From Deferribacterales bacterium (GTDB lineage Bacteria; Chrysiogenota; Deferribacteres; Deferribacterales; Geovibrionaceae): 64,000 bases of DNA. Positions 36,509 through 48,219 of this stretch are shown piece after piece; the stretch's first letter is position 1; every line of letters starts with the position of its first letter. Under the pieces are notes generated by a model. The model made no database searches and was not told the origin of the DNA. It saw nothing but the letters and a program-made list of their open reading frames with translations. The position numbers were made by a program, and so were the translations under genes. The DNA lies in assembly GCA_050251875.1 (NCBI GenBank), contig JBFWMA010000001.1:64001-128000 (forward strand), in the 5' to 3' direction.

Positions 36509-36598
36509 GTCATTACGAGGAGCGCCAGCCGAAGGCTGAGTAGCGACGTGGTAATCTCTGTGGTGAGATTGCCTCACCCGTAAAGGGTTCGCAATGAC
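36509..36598. repeat. CGTC-type REP-like palindrome
   Basis: GTCATTACGAGG..GTAATCTC-loop-GAGATTGC..CGCAATGAC. Confidence 0.82.
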
Positions 36599-36604
36599 GG
36601 AAAT

Positions 36605-37492
36605 CTATATCCCAAAGTAGTCTTTCGTCTTTTCGCTTCTGCTGATAATCCCCATCATGTTGTAAACAAGCTGAGCGGCGGTGAAATCAGCGCTGTGCAG
36701 ATCCTCCATCGGGGCGTATTCCAGCACGTCAAAACCTATAACCGTTCTCTGTCTGGCGATGGATTCTATCAGCCACATGCACTGATACCATGTGAGACCG
36801 CCCGGAACTGGCGTCCCTGTGGCAGGCATAATTGACGAGTCCAGAGCGTCTATGTCGAATGTTATAAAGACTTTTTCAGGAAAATCAGCGGGCAGACGAA
36901 AAGCGTCCACACCCAGTCTGTGCACGTCCTCGGCGTCCATGTACGGGATTTTGTTATGAAGCCTGAGCTGGTGTTCATCCAGACAATAGCTTCTGGTGCC
37001 AAGCTGATAGATCGGGATTTTTTTGTCTACCAGACGTTTCATAACGCATGCGTGGCTGTATTTTGACCCTTCGTAGCTGTCTCTCAGGTCTGCGTGCGCA
37101 TCGAACTGCACCACGCCGAAGCTGTCGTAGCGCTCCAGCAGAGCGTCCGCCACGCCGCCTGTTACTGTATGTTCGCCGCCCAGAACCACCGGCATTTTGC
37201 CCGCTGCCAGGCAAACCTCAACAGCGGTTTTTACATTTTGCAGTGCTTCTTCGTGGCTTCCATCGCAGTCCACAGCGGGGGCTGTGTAGATGCCGTATTT
37301 TGCCGGAAGGCTTTTTCCGTCAAATACTTCCAGCTGGCAGGATGCCTCTATGATAGCCTCAGGTCCTTCGGCTGTGCCGGAACCGTATGATACAGATTTT
37401 TCATAAGGTACGGGTATTATGTGAAAAAGTGATGTTTCAGGATTTCCCTGCGGAACGTCATCACCGTGAAAAGTAATGGGGGAATCTGTCAT
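36605..37492 (-). CDS. speB: Agmatinase
   Basis: GGEHTV, DAHADLR, SHAC, FDIDALD, PATGTPVPGGL. Confidence 0.95.
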   Translation of the reverse strand: MTDSPITFHGDDVPQGNPETSLFHIIPVPYEKSVSYGSGTAEGPEAIIEASCQLEVFDGKSLPAKYGIYTAPAVDCDGSHEEALQNVKTAVEVCLAAGKMPVVLGGEHTVTGGVADALLERYDSFGVVQFDAHADLRDSYEGSKYSHACVMKRLVDKKIPIYQLGTRSYCLDEHQLRLHNKIPYMDAEDVHRLGVDAFRLPADFPEKVFITFDIDALDSSIMPATGTPVPGGLTWYQCMWLIESIARQRTVIGFDVLEYAPMEDLHSADFTAAQLVYNMMGIISRSEKTKDYFGI

Positions 37493-38666
37493 GCCAGTCT
37501 GCTCCTGTAATCTTCGTAGCCGAACTTTCTCACTATGTCGAAAGTTCCTCTCTCAAGACTGAAAGTGACGAGGTCGGGAAGTTCAACCCCGTTGAAATTA
37601 GTGTTTTTTACAAATGAATAGAGCGCCATGTCGGTGAAGACCAGCCTTTGCCCAATCTTAAGTGGTTCGTCAAAGGAATATGTGCCGATAAAATCCCCAG
37701 CCAGACATGAGATACAGCCTACCTTGCATGTGTTTGCTTTTTCACCCGCTTCTCCGGCGCCGACAAGATGGGGACGGTATGGCATCGCCAGAACGTCCGG
37801 CATGTGCGTTTCCGCTGATGAGTCGGCTATGGCTATGTCCACGCCGTTGTGTATTTTGTCCAGAACCTGAGTGATGAAAACTCCGGCGTTAAGCACCACA
37901 GCCTCGCCCGGTTCCAGATAAACGCTTATATCGTTGTGGCGTCTGCGGAAATCGTTAACTGTTTTTATCAGCAGGTCGATGTCGTAATCGTCACGGGTAA
38001 TGTGGTGTCCGCCGCCGAAGTTAATCCACTCCATGCGGTCTATCAGATGCCCGAAACGCTTTTCAAAACTCTCAAGCACTCTAACCAGAACGTCCGAGTT
38101 CTGCTCGCACATGGCGTGAAAATGCAGACCGGATATGCCTGTGAGGTCAACGCCGTCCAGATCTTCTGGGTTCACTCCGAAGCGTGAGCCTGGTACGCAT
38201 GGGTTGTAGAGGTCTACCTCCACTTCCGCATGTCCGGGGTTGCATCTGATGCCGACTTCGATGTTTCTGCCCGATGCCTTTACAGCGTCTCTGTGGGCGT
38301 GCCACTGGCTGACGCTGTTGAACACTATATGGTCGCTGAACTGTATCGTTCTCTGCATCTGGTCGGGCGTGAAGGCGGGGGAGTAGGTATGTACCTCGCC
38401 GTTAAAATCCTCTCTGCCCATCTGCGCCTCTATGGGTCCGCTGGCGCAGACGCCGTGCAGATATTTTCTGATGATCGGAAATACCTTCGGCAGTGCGAAC
38501 GCCTTCATGGCGAGCAGTATTTTTGCTCCCGTGGCTTTCTGCACGCTGTCGAGTATCTCGCAGTTTCTTTTTATCACATCTTCGCTGATGAGATAGCAGG
38601 GGGTGCCGGCTCTGTCCGTTACCGCCTGCGGAAAATCTTTCAGCGCCTGTATGTCTTTGTTGTTCA

Positions 38667-38667
<1 letters not shown>
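37489..38667 (-). CDS. nspC: Carboxy(nor)spermidine decarboxylase
   Basis: LLAMKAF, YNPCVPGSRFG, GLHFHAMCEQ, NFGGGHHIT, HMPDVLAMPY, CLAGD. Confidence 0.95.
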
Positions 38668-39884
<1,217 letters not shown>

Positions 39885-39921
39885 AATCTATTCTCCTTAA
39901 AACTTATTTATTCTTTATGTG

Positions 39922-39994
39922 TGAGATTGCTTCACTGCGTTCGCAATGACATTCAGAGCGTCATTGCGAGGAGCGTAGCGACGCGGCAATCTCA
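39922..39994. repeat. CGTC-type REP-like palindrome with permuted half order; overlaps the speA stop codon
   Basis: TGAGATTGC..CGCAATGAC-loop-GTCATTGCGAGG..GCAATCTCA. Confidence 0.82.
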
Positions 39995-41920
39995 GTCTTC
40001 TTTTTCGAAATATGTATAGCCTCTTAAGCCCTCTTCGAATCCGTTGAGGATGTTTTTGCGTTCTTTTCCGCTGATGTATCCCTGCTGAACAGCGTCTTCG
40101 GCTATCTTTTTCAGACGGCGTTTCATGGCGCTGATGTCGTACTCCACATATGAGAGAACCTCGGACACTGTGTCCCCCTCCAGCTCTCTCACCACCTGAT
40201 ATGTTCCGTCCAGATTCACATGGATGGAGACCACGTTGGTGTCGCCGAAAAGGTTGTGCAGGTCGCCCAGAGTCTCCTGATAGGCTCCCACGAGAAACAC
40301 GCCGAGGTAATACTCCTCGTCTTCTTTCAGGTCGTGGAGCATCACGGAGTTATTATCATGGGCAAAACCGGGGAACGAATCTATCTTTCCGTCACAGTCG
40401 CATGTGATGTCGGATATGATCGCCGGGTGCTTGGGCGCTTCGTTCAGTCTGTGTATGGGCATAACGGGAAAAATCTGATTGATCGCCCACACGTCCGGAA
40501 GTGACTGAAACAGTGAAAAGTTCCCATAATATATATCTATAAGTAATTTATCGATGTCTTCCACATCTTTTGGCACATGGGGCATTGTGCTGCCCACTGT
40601 GGATATTTTAACGAGGATATGTTTTACGATGTCTTCCGCTATGGCTCGCTCACGCAGGGATATCTGCCCGTGTTTGAAGAGCTGTCTCGCCTGGTTGCGG
40701 TAGAAGAGGGCATCGTTACAGCACTCCTGAATGGTTTTAGGCGAAACGTCTTTCAGTGTGGTGAGCAGGTTTTCCAGCAGGTCTGTGTTGGTCTTGGGAA
40801 GCTGTTCCGGTATGGGGTGCGGCATGAACGGCGAAACGTCCAGAACATTGAACAGCATCACGGAATAATAGGCGACTGTAACACGCCCGGATTCTGTGAT
40901 GATGATGGGATGCTCAATATTTGCCTTGTCCAGAACGGTTTTTATGGATTCCACTATGTCGTAGCAGTATTCCTCCACGGAATAGTTACGGCTGGAGTGA
41001 TAGTTGGTGTTTGATCCGTCATAGTCCACAGCCAGACCGCCGCCGAGGTCTATGATCCCCATGGGCGCTCCCTCTTTCACCAGCTCCTCATAGATGCGGC
41101 AGGCTTCCATCGCCCCCGCTCTGATGTCTCTGATGTTGGGTATCTGTGAACCGATGTGATAGTGGAGGAGTTTCAGACAGTCCAGCTTGTTCTCCTCTTT
41201 CAGTCTGTCTATAACATCTATCATCTGGCTGATGTTCAGCCCGAAAACGCTGTTGTCCCCGCCGGATTCAGACCACTGACCTTCCGCCTGTGTGGACAGC
41301 TTGACCCTGAGCCCCAGCAGAGGGCGCACTTTCAGCTTTTTCGCTCTTTCCAGAACCAGCTCCACTTCTCCGGGAACTTCTATTACGAAAAAGCACTGAT
41401 AGCCCATCTTCACGGCGTTCAGCCCGAGGTCGATGAACTCTTCGTCCTTGTATCCGTTGCATATCAGGCAGGCGTCACGGTTCTGGAGCATGCTGATCGC
41501 TGCTATCAGCTCCGGCTTGCTGCCCGCTTCCAGCCCGTGGTTGAACTCTCGTCCGAACTCGGAGATAGCCTCCACCACCTGTTCCTGCTGGTTTACCTTG
41601 ATAGGGAAAACACCTTTGTACTGTCCCTGATATCCGGTCTCTTTTATCACCTTGCGGAATGTCTGGTGCAGCAGTTTGATCTGTGATCCCAGAATATTTT
41701 CGATACGGAGGATAACGGGCATGCTCATGCCTCTCTCCTCTATCTCCTGCGCTATGTCATAAAGGCTGATCTGCGTGTTGTTGTCACGCCCGAAGGGTGT
41801 CACGGCGACATCCCCCAGAGGGTTGATAGAGAAGTAGTCAGCTCCCCACTTATTAATGCCGTAGAGGTCGGCGGAGTCCTGAATGGTCCAGTTTTTGCAT
41901 TTTTCGGGGTTGCGCCACAT
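39992..41920 (-). CDS. speA: Biosynthetic arginine decarboxylase
   Basis: YGINKWG, FPIKVNQ, GLEAGSKPEL, CNGYKD, HYHIGSQI, DLGGGLAVDYDG, DITCDCDG, GAYQETLGDLHNLFG. Confidence 0.96.
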   Translation of the reverse strand: MWRNPEKCKNWTIQDSADLYGINKWGADYFSINPLGDVAVTPFGRDNNTQISLYDIAQEIEERGMSMPVILRIENILGSQIKLLHQTFRKVIKETGYQGQYKGVFPIKVNQQEQVVEAISEFGREFNHGLEAGSKPELIAAISMLQNRDACLICNGYKDEEFIDLGLNAVKMGYQCFFVIEVPGEVELVLERAKKLKVRPLLGLRVKLSTQAEGQWSESGGDNSVFGLNISQMIDVIDRLKEENKLDCLKLLHYHIGSQIPNIRDIRAGAMEACRIYEELVKEGAPMGIIDLGGGLAVDYDGSNTNYHSSRNYSVEEYCYDIVESIKTVLDKANIEHPIIITESGRVTVAYYSVMLFNVLDVSPFMPHPIPEQLPKTNTDLLENLLTTLKDVSPKTIQECCNDALFYRNQARQLFKHGQISLRERAIAEDIVKHILVKISTVGSTMPHVPKDVEDIDKLLIDIYYGNFSLFQSLPDVWAINQIFPVMPIHRLNEAPKHPAIISDITCDCDGKIDSFPGFAHDNNSVMLHDLKEDEEYYLGVFLVGAYQETLGDLHNLFGDTNVVSIHVNLDGTYQVVRELEGDTVSEVLSYVEYDISAMKRRLKKIAEDAVQQGYISGKERKNILNGFEEGLRGYTYFEKED

Positions 41921-41956
41921 TTATTTATCTCCGTTGTGTGTCATAAATAACATGGG

Positions 41957-41985
41957 AATTTACGAAAAAACTATTCTTATGTCAA
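41957..41985 (-). promoter_or_regulatory. Sigma70-type promoter for the speA operon
   Basis: Minus strand TTGACA-17 nt-TAAATT, about 35 nt upstream of the ATG. Confidence 0.65.
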
Positions 41986-42300
41986 CATAATACTATCATA
42001 TTCTCTGATAAAATGTGGAGGCTTATTATCTTTGTGCGGGTGATTTGACAAAAATTGTAAAAATACGATAAAATTACGGCTAAACATGATAAGCTGTTTA
42101 TATGTCAGCTAAAAATTGCGTATATAACAAAAAATTAACATCGGATAACTGCGGAACTTGTCTAAAAAATAGCTAAAAAGGTAAAAAGACGTGTTTATCC
42201 CGCTCAAAAAAACATAAAAAACGACAAGACTAAGATTTTTATTAATTTTATCGCCGGTCGGGTGTATCATTTTCATGTGATTACCGGGTGAAAGGATGTG

Positions 42301-42327
42301 GTAATACTTTTTCATTTTTTTTATTAC
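42301..42327. promoter_or_regulatory. Putative NikR-type operator
   Basis: Perfect inverted half-sites GTAATA-N15-TATTAC about 60 nt upstream of the ECF operon. Confidence 0.6.
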
Positions 42328-42385
42328 TTTATGTGTTATGATTAATATGGTCTTGATGACTATATTTTGTACCCGGAGGGAATCG

Positions 42386-43141
42386 ATGAAACGTACCGCT
42401 TTATTTTTAACTGTTTTTCTGTTCGCTGTTCAGGCTTTCGCCCACTTTCAGGTGTTAATGCCCGAAACCGATGTTGTAACACCGAAAAAAAAGTCTATTA
42501 TGTTTAATATGCTCTTCACGCATCCTTTCGAGCAGGGACCCGTGATGGAGATGGTGAAGCCGAAAGCCGCCGATGTTTATTTCAAAGGGAAGAAAGAGAG
42601 CATTATGCCTCTTCTTAAACAGAAAAAGGTTGAGGGAAAATCCGCGTGGGATTTTGCGTATACCTTTAAAAAACCCGGAGACTATATCTTCACCGTGACT
42701 CCTGATTATTATTTCGAGCCTGCGGAAGAGACTTTTATACAGCACATCACAAAAGTTGTCGTGAACGGATTCGGCATGGAAGAGGGCTGGGACGCTCCCG
42801 TGGGACTGAAGGCGGAGATAGTTCCCCTCACACGTCCTTATGGGCTGTGGAAAGGCAACGTATTCACCGGACAGGTGCTTTATAAAGGAAAACCCGTGGC
42901 GGGAGCCGAGGTCGAGGTGGAGCTTTATAACACTAAAAAACTGCACGCCCCCACAGACGCTCACATCACACAGGTGGTTAAGGCGGATAAAAACGGCGTA
43001 TTCAGCTATGCCATGCCTTATGACGGCTGGTGGGGCTTCGCCGCTCTGATAGAAGATGACGTTACTATAAAAAAAGACGGTAAAGCATATCCGGTGGAGC
43101 TGGGTGCTCTCATCTGGGTGAAGGCTTACGGAGAGAAATAA
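42386..43141 (+). CDS. DUF4198 periplasmic Ni/Co uptake component (NikK/CbiK-like)
   Basis: Signal peptide AFA|HF, FTHPFE, YFEPAEE, EIVPLTRPYGL, GWWGFAAL; ATG after GGAGGG. Confidence 0.85.
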   Translation: MKRTALFLTVFLFAVQAFAHFQVLMPETDVVTPKKKSIMFNMLFTHPFEQGPVMEMVKPKAADVYFKGKKESIMPLLKQKKVEGKSAWDFAYTFKKPGDYIFTVTPDYYFEPAEETFIQHITKVVVNGFGMEEGWDAPVGLKAEIVPLTRPYGLWKGNVFTGQVLYKGKPVAGAEVEVELYNTKKLHAPTDAHITQVVKADKNGVFSYAMPYDGWWGFAALIEDDVTIKKDGKAYPVELGALIWVKAYGEK

Positions 43142-43743
43142 TGCATATATCCGAAGGGGTGCTTTCCGCTCCCGTGCTGGGTGTGACAGGCGCCGCTGCC
43201 GCCGCCATGGTGGTTTACGGATTTCGTTATGTTAAGGGAGATATGCTGGCAAAGACAGCGCTGATGTCCAGCCTGTTCTTTGTCGGCTCTTTCATACACG
43301 TCCCGGTGGGACCGTCCAGCGTGCATCTGGTGCTGAACGGTCTGGTGGGCGCTGTTCTCGGCGTCTGCGCCTTTCCGGCGATATTCACCGCTCTTCTGAT
43401 GCAGGTTCTTTTGTTTCAGTTCGGCGGGTTCACCACACTGGGGGCCAACACTGTTGTTATGGCGCTTCCGGCGCTGATGGGATATTATTTTTACAGACAG
43501 GGAATGAAGAGACAGGGCATAGCCCAGAGTCTCATGTTTTTTCTGGCGGGGGCTCTGCCCGTGCTGGGGTCTGCCCTGCTTTTGGCGGTTGTTCTCGCCT
43601 TCAGCGGAGACGGGCTGTTCAGCGCCGCTAAGGCTCTGTTTCTGATGCATCTGCCCATTATAGCGGTAGAGGGCATAGTGTGTCTTTTTTTATTCAGGTT
43701 TATACTGAAGGTCTATCCGGACTTTCTAGAGAGAGGTTTATGA
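43141..43743 (+). CDS. cbiM: ECF Ni/Co transporter substrate-binding component CbiM/NikM
   Basis: MHISEG N-terminus, SSVHLVLNG, FGGFTTLGAN. Confidence 0.93.
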   Translation: MHISEGVLSAPVLGVTGAAAAAMVVYGFRYVKGDMLAKTALMSSLFFVGSFIHVPVGPSSVHLVLNGLVGAVLGVCAFPAIFTALLMQVLLFQFGGFTTLGANTVVMALPALMGYYFYRQGMKRQGIAQSLMFFLAGALPVLGSALLLAVVLAFSGDGLFSAAKALFLMHLPIIAVEGIVCLFLFRFILKVYPDFLERGL

Positions 43744-44246
43744 TGAAGAGAGCTGTGCTTTCCGTCCTTCTGGCGCTGGCGGTTTTTCCGGCATATGCGC
43801 ACAAGCTGAATATTCTGGCGGTTTCTGAAAACGGGGCGCTCACCATCACGGCGTATTTCGCTGACGGCGCTGTCTGCAAAAACTGCGCATTCTCCGTCAC
43901 CGACAAATTCGGCAAGACTGTGGAAGAGGGAAAGCTGGACGAGGAAGGCTCATTCATAAAAACAGGCACCTTTCCGGACGAGATGAAGATAGTGGTGGAC
44001 GCCGGGCTGGGGCATATGGCGGAAGAGACCATCAGAGCCACAGGCGATGTGGATTTTAACGAAGGCGTGGCGGAAGTCACAGACGATTACGACATCAGAA
44101 AGATAATCAGGCAGGAACTCTCCAAACAGACAACGGAGATCAGAGCCGAACTGGATAAAAACAAAAGCAAGCTGGATATGATTATAGCCGGAATAGGCTA
44201 TATATTAGGTATTTTCGGAATAATCACACTGCTGAGAAAAAAATGA
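43740..44246 (+). CDS. CbiL/NikL-like auxiliary component
   Basis: Signal peptide AYA|HK, YFADG, DAGLGH, C-terminal IIAGIGYILGIFG TM segment. Confidence 0.75.
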   Translation: MMKRAVLSVLLALAVFPAYAHKLNILAVSENGALTITAYFADGAVCKNCAFSVTDKFGKTVEEGKLDEEGSFIKTGTFPDEMKIVVDAGLGHMAEETIRATGDVDFNEGVAEVTDDYDIRKIIRQELSKQTTEIRAELDKNKSKLDMIIAGIGYILGIFGIITLLRKK

Positions 44247-44899
44247 AATTTTCCCCATCGGTAAGCATCGCTTCGGCGGCGCTTTATTCGCTGATGACGG
44301 CTTTTCTGACGGAGGTACATCCTCTGGACGGGCTGTTTGCCCTGTTCGTCATCGTTTCTGCTTACGGCAGAGGGCGCATAGTGCTTGTGAGGATGCTTAA
44401 GCTGAATATTTTTATTGTTTTCATTTGTCTCACCATTCTGCTGTTTCACGGCGACAGTGGACACGCTCTGCTGATTTTTTTCAGGGCTAACCTGATTACG
44501 GCGGTTAACGTGGCGCTCTTCACCGGATATACGGCGGACGAGTTCTATTACGGGTTTCACAGCCTGCGCCTGCCTGACAGATTTACCGTGACGCTGTTTT
44601 TCATGGTGAAATACACGGAGATTCTGGGCAAGGAATACGAGAGGATGAAAGAGGCGCTGAAGGTGCGTAATTTTATGCCGAAGACAAACATTTTTACATA
44701 TAAGACATACGCTTATCTCGCCGGGATGCTTCTGGTGCGGAGTATGGACAGAGCCGTCCGGCTGAATCAGGCGATGAAGCTGAGAGGTTTTTCCGGCAGG
44801 CTTTATCCGTTCAACTATGTTTCCTTCGGCAGGGCGGATATCGCCGTGATAAGTATGCTTATTATTCAGTCTTTATTCACATTCGGAGGCATGGTTTGA
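44243..44899 (+). CDS. cbiQ: ECF transmembrane component CbiQ/NikQ
   Basis: EALKVRNF, LLVRSMDRA, AMKLRGF. Confidence 0.88.
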   Translation: MKFSPSVSIASAALYSLMTAFLTEVHPLDGLFALFVIVSAYGRGRIVLVRMLKLNIFIVFICLTILLFHGDSGHALLIFFRANLITAVNVALFTGYTADEFYYGFHSLRLPDRFTVTLFFMVKYTEILGKEYERMKEALKVRNFMPKTNIFTYKTYAYLAGMLLVRSMDRAVRLNQAMKLRGFSGRLYPFNYVSFGRADIAVISMLIIQSLFTFGGMV

Positions 44900-45543
44900 G
44901 CTGTTCGCTGACGATTAAGGAGCTGTCCTGCGAGAGAAACGGCGAGGTTCTGTTCAGAGACCTGTCCGTGAGGCTGGGGCACAAGGACAAGGTGGCTGTG
45001 ATGGGCGCTAACGGCGCCGGAAAGACCACCCTGCTGAAGGCCATCGTGGGGCTGTGTCCCGTGGCTTCGGGAACTATAGAGGTTTTTCATAATCCGATGA
45101 CCTGCGAAAAGGATTTTAAAGAGATGAGAAAGCATATCGGCTTTCTTTTTCAGGACAGTGATGACCAGTTCATCGCGCCCAGCGTGATAGAAGAGGTGGC
45201 TTTCGGTCTGCTGAACAGCGGAATGAGCGTGAAAGAAGCCGTTCCGGCGGCTGAGCGGATGCTGGACAGGCTGAACATATCCCACCTGAGAGACAGGATC
45301 ACACTCCATCTCTCCGGCGGAGAGAAGAAGCTGGCTGCGCTCGCTTCCGTTCTGGTTATGGAACCGGACATTCTGCTTCTGGATGAGCCTTCCGCCGCTC
45401 TGGATGAGGACGCGGAGAACCATTTGGCGTCCATTCTGGCTTCTCTGGACAAGAGCATGCTGATAGTCAGCCACAATCCTGATTTCGTCAGAAAAACCGG
45501 GGCGAAAATCATGTATTTGTCAAAAGACGGCTTAAAAGACTGA
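44896..45543 (+). CDS. cbiO: ECF ATPase CbiO/NikO
   Basis: GANGAGKTT, FQDSDDQ, LSGGEKK, LLDEP. Confidence 0.9.
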   Translation: MSCSLTIKELSCERNGEVLFRDLSVRLGHKDKVAVMGANGAGKTTLLKAIVGLCPVASGTIEVFHNPMTCEKDFKEMRKHIGFLFQDSDDQFIAPSVIEEVAFGLLNSGMSVKEAVPAAERMLDRLNISHLRDRITLHLSGGEKKLAALASVLVMEPDILLLDEPSAALDEDAENHLASILASLDKSMLIVSHNPDFVRKTGAKIMYLSKDGLKD

Positions 45544-45613
45544 TAATTTCATTTTTCAATTTATTTTCCCGCAATTTTACCTATACTAATAGGACTTCTG
45601 CATAGGAGGTCTT

Positions 45614-47056
45614 ATGTCTGCTCTCAGCAGAATTTTTTCTGTATTGATTATGGTTCCGTTGCTGTTGTCTGCCTGCGGAGTGAGGGACGGGGAGATAGCC
45701 GGGAACGAAATCAGCAAAAACCTGAAAATTTCCGGCGATTTTTATAATTCCGGCGGTTCAGAAGTTTACGGCAGATGGTGGACGGTGTTCAAAAGTGACG
45801 AGCTGAATACTCTCATGGAAAGAATGTTCGCCGACAACTACCGGATAGCCGAAAGCTATGAGGGGCTGAAAGCCCTCTATGCCTCATACGGCATATCAAA
45901 CGCCGACCGCATCCCCACGCTCAGCCTGGGCGCCGGAGCGTCAAAGTCCTTTTCCGAGGTGAACGGGGACAAGGTGGAGGTGAACTCCTACAGCCTTTCG
46001 CTCACAGCCTCTTACGAGGCGGATATCTGGGGAAAACTGAAATACGCCTCAAAGTCCAACATGTATACGCTCATGTCTTCCAGATATGATCTGGACTCAT
46101 TATATATGACACTGTCCGCTGAGCTGGCAGACAGATATATAGCCTATATCGCCTATTCAAAAATTCTGAAGAAGAAACAGGAGGGAATGTCCCTCTATAA
46201 AAGCATGTTGGACGCCAGAGAGCGTCTCTACCGCTCGGGCATCGGCGACATGACGAAACTGCTGGAAGCGAAAAAGAGTCTGGAAGCGGCGCAGACGGAA
46301 GTTCTGACCGCCGAACAGAATCTGGACGGCGTGCGCCAGTCCATCGCTGTTCTTCTGGGGTTTGCAGATGGTCGTCAGATCAGCATATCCGATGACGGAT
46401 ACATCACCCCCGAACTGCCGAAAGCAGTTCCCTCGGAGGTTGTTTCCGGACGTCCGGATATCCGTTCGGCTCTCTATACACTCTACAGATATGACAGAGC
46501 GGCAGCGGCAGCGGCGGCAAAGAGATATCCCTCGCTCAGCCTGTCCGCCTCAGCCGGATACTCCGGCGACACGGTGAGCGATCTGATAAGCCCGGAGAAT
46601 TTCGCCGCCCAGATACTGGGTAATCTGGTTCTGCCCATCATAGACGGCAGGGCGAGAAAGCTAGAATACGAAAAACAGCAGGCGTATCTGCGCCAGAACA
46701 TATACACATATCAGAAGACCGTGATAACAGGTCTGAACGAGGTTCAGACAGCGCTGAACACCAACAGGTACGCTCTGGAAACTCTCAACAGGCAGAACGA
46801 CAGGCTCGATTCCGACATGAAGCTGTATAACATAGCCAAAATGCGTTACGAAATGGGCATAGACGACTATGAATCTGTTCTGGAGACCAGAATCGCCCTG
46901 AACGAGAGAGAGGCGGCAGTGATATCCGCCCGGAGCGCTCTGGCGCAGGCGAGAATAGAGCTTATCAGAGCCATAGGCGGCGGCTGGACACAGGAATACA
47001 CCGACAAGAGGCTTCAGGACGACATAGCGAAGCTGTTTTCAGGAGATGATAAATGA
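45614..47056 (+). CDS. RND outer-membrane lipoprotein (NodT/TolC family)
   Basis: Lipobox LSAC, WWTVF, YEADIWG, RPDI, LIRAIGGGW. Confidence 0.9.
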   Translation: MSALSRIFSVLIMVPLLLSACGVRDGEIAGNEISKNLKISGDFYNSGGSEVYGRWWTVFKSDELNTLMERMFADNYRIAESYEGLKALYASYGISNADRIPTLSLGAGASKSFSEVNGDKVEVNSYSLSLTASYEADIWGKLKYASKSNMYTLMSSRYDLDSLYMTLSAELADRYIAYIAYSKILKKKQEGMSLYKSMLDARERLYRSGIGDMTKLLEAKKSLEAAQTEVLTAEQNLDGVRQSIAVLLGFADGRQISISDDGYITPELPKAVPSEVVSGRPDIRSALYTLYRYDRAAAAAAAKRYPSLSLSASAGYSGDTVSDLISPENFAAQILGNLVLPIIDGRARKLEYEKQQAYLRQNIYTYQKTVITGLNEVQTALNTNRYALETLNRQNDRLDSDMKLYNIAKMRYEMGIDDYESVLETRIALNEREAAVISARSALAQARIELIRAIGGGWTQEYTDKRLQDDIAKLFSGDDK

Positions 47057-48219
47057 AGAAAGGGTTAAAGATAATTCTGCCGGTGGTGATACTGGCGCTG
47101 GCACTCGGTCTTGCCTTTTATCAGATAAAGCATAAACCCATGCCCCAGAAGGCGGACAAGAAGAAGATAAACCCGATGGTGCGTGTGGAGACTGCGGAGA
47201 CCGCTGACTATGTGTCCAGAGCGAAAGGGTTCGGCACGGTGCAGGCGGCTTCCAGTATGAATATAGTGAACGACACAGCAGGGAGGGTCATTTATGTGAA
47301 CCCTGACCTGAAAGCGGGGCAGAGCTTTCAGAAGGGCGAACTGCTCTACAGCATAGAGACGGAAACATATGAATCGGCTCTGGCGTCTGCCAGATCAAGC
47401 CTGAAATCGGCTCAGTATGAGCTGGCGAAGACCGAGCAGGAGGCGGACGTCTCCGTGAAGGAATGGGATATTTGGAACAGCACGGCTGAAAACGTTAAAA
47501 AGCCCAGCCCGCTGATAAAATATGAGCCTCAGCTCGCTGCCGGAAGAGCGGCTGTGGAATACGCCGAGAAAGCGGTGGCAAAGGCGGAGGCAGATCTTCT
47601 GAAAACTGCCTACAGAGCGCCATTTGACTGTATAGTATCGTCAGAGAACATAGAGCTGGGCATGGTGATAAAATCCGGCGAGTCAGCGGGAGTTCTGGTT
47701 GGGGCGCACGCATATGAAGTGGCTGTGCCTGTGCTGGCTAAGGACGAGGCGGATATTATTCTGTCTGAAGACATGAAGAGAGCGTCAGCGGCGGACGTGG
47801 TTCTGAGCGAAGGACCCAGAAGCTGGAAATGGCGCGGATACGCATCCAGAACACTTCCGGACGCAGACAGCAAAACAGGCATGATAAAAATAGTGGTGAC
47901 AGTACCCGACCCCAATAGAAAAGAGAACGGCAGACCCACGCTCACCATCGGAAGCAACGTTGAATGCGTTATAAAAGGAAAAGTGATAAGCGGGCTCACC
48001 AGTATCCCGAAATCCGCTGTAAGAGAGAACAGCACCGTCTGGGTGTATAAAGACGGCAAGCTGAATATAAGAACAGCGGCGGTGACCGGCACAGACGAGA
48101 ACAGGGCATATCTTTCAGAGGGCGTGACCGCCGGAGAACAGGTTATAATCAGCCGTGTTCAGGGGGCTGTGGATCAGATGTCCGTAACCCTGAACGCCAA
48201 GCCCGGAGCTGTTAAATGA
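47053..48219 (+). CDS. RND periplasmic adaptor subunit
   Basis: N-terminal anchor, GRVIYV, APFDCIV, IPKSAV, GVTAGEQVI. Confidence 0.88.
   Translation: MKKGLKIILPVVILALALGLAFYQIKHKPMPQKADKKKINPMVRVETAETADYVSRAKGFGTVQAASSMNIVNDTAGRVIYVNPDLKAGQSFQKGELLYSIETETYESALASARSSLKSAQYELAKTEQEADVSVKEWDIWNSTAENVKKPSPLIKYEPQLAAGRAAVEYAEKAVAKAEADLLKTAYRAPFDCIVSSENIELGMVIKSGESAGVLVGAHAYEVAVPVLAKDEADIILSEDMKRASAADVVLSEGPRSWKWRGYASRTLPDADSKTGMIKIVVTVPDPNRKENGRPTLTIGSNVECVIKGKVISGLTSIPKSAVRENSTVWVYKDGKLNIRTAAVTGTDENRAYLSEGVTAGEQVIISRVQGAVDQMSVTLNAKPGAVK

Noticed and set aside
42045..42300. Cobalamin or NiCo riboswitch in the long leader; ORF 42109-42315
   Set aside because: No B12-box or recognisable aptamer; AT-rich sequence with one weak hairpin; the ORF has no RBS or family features.
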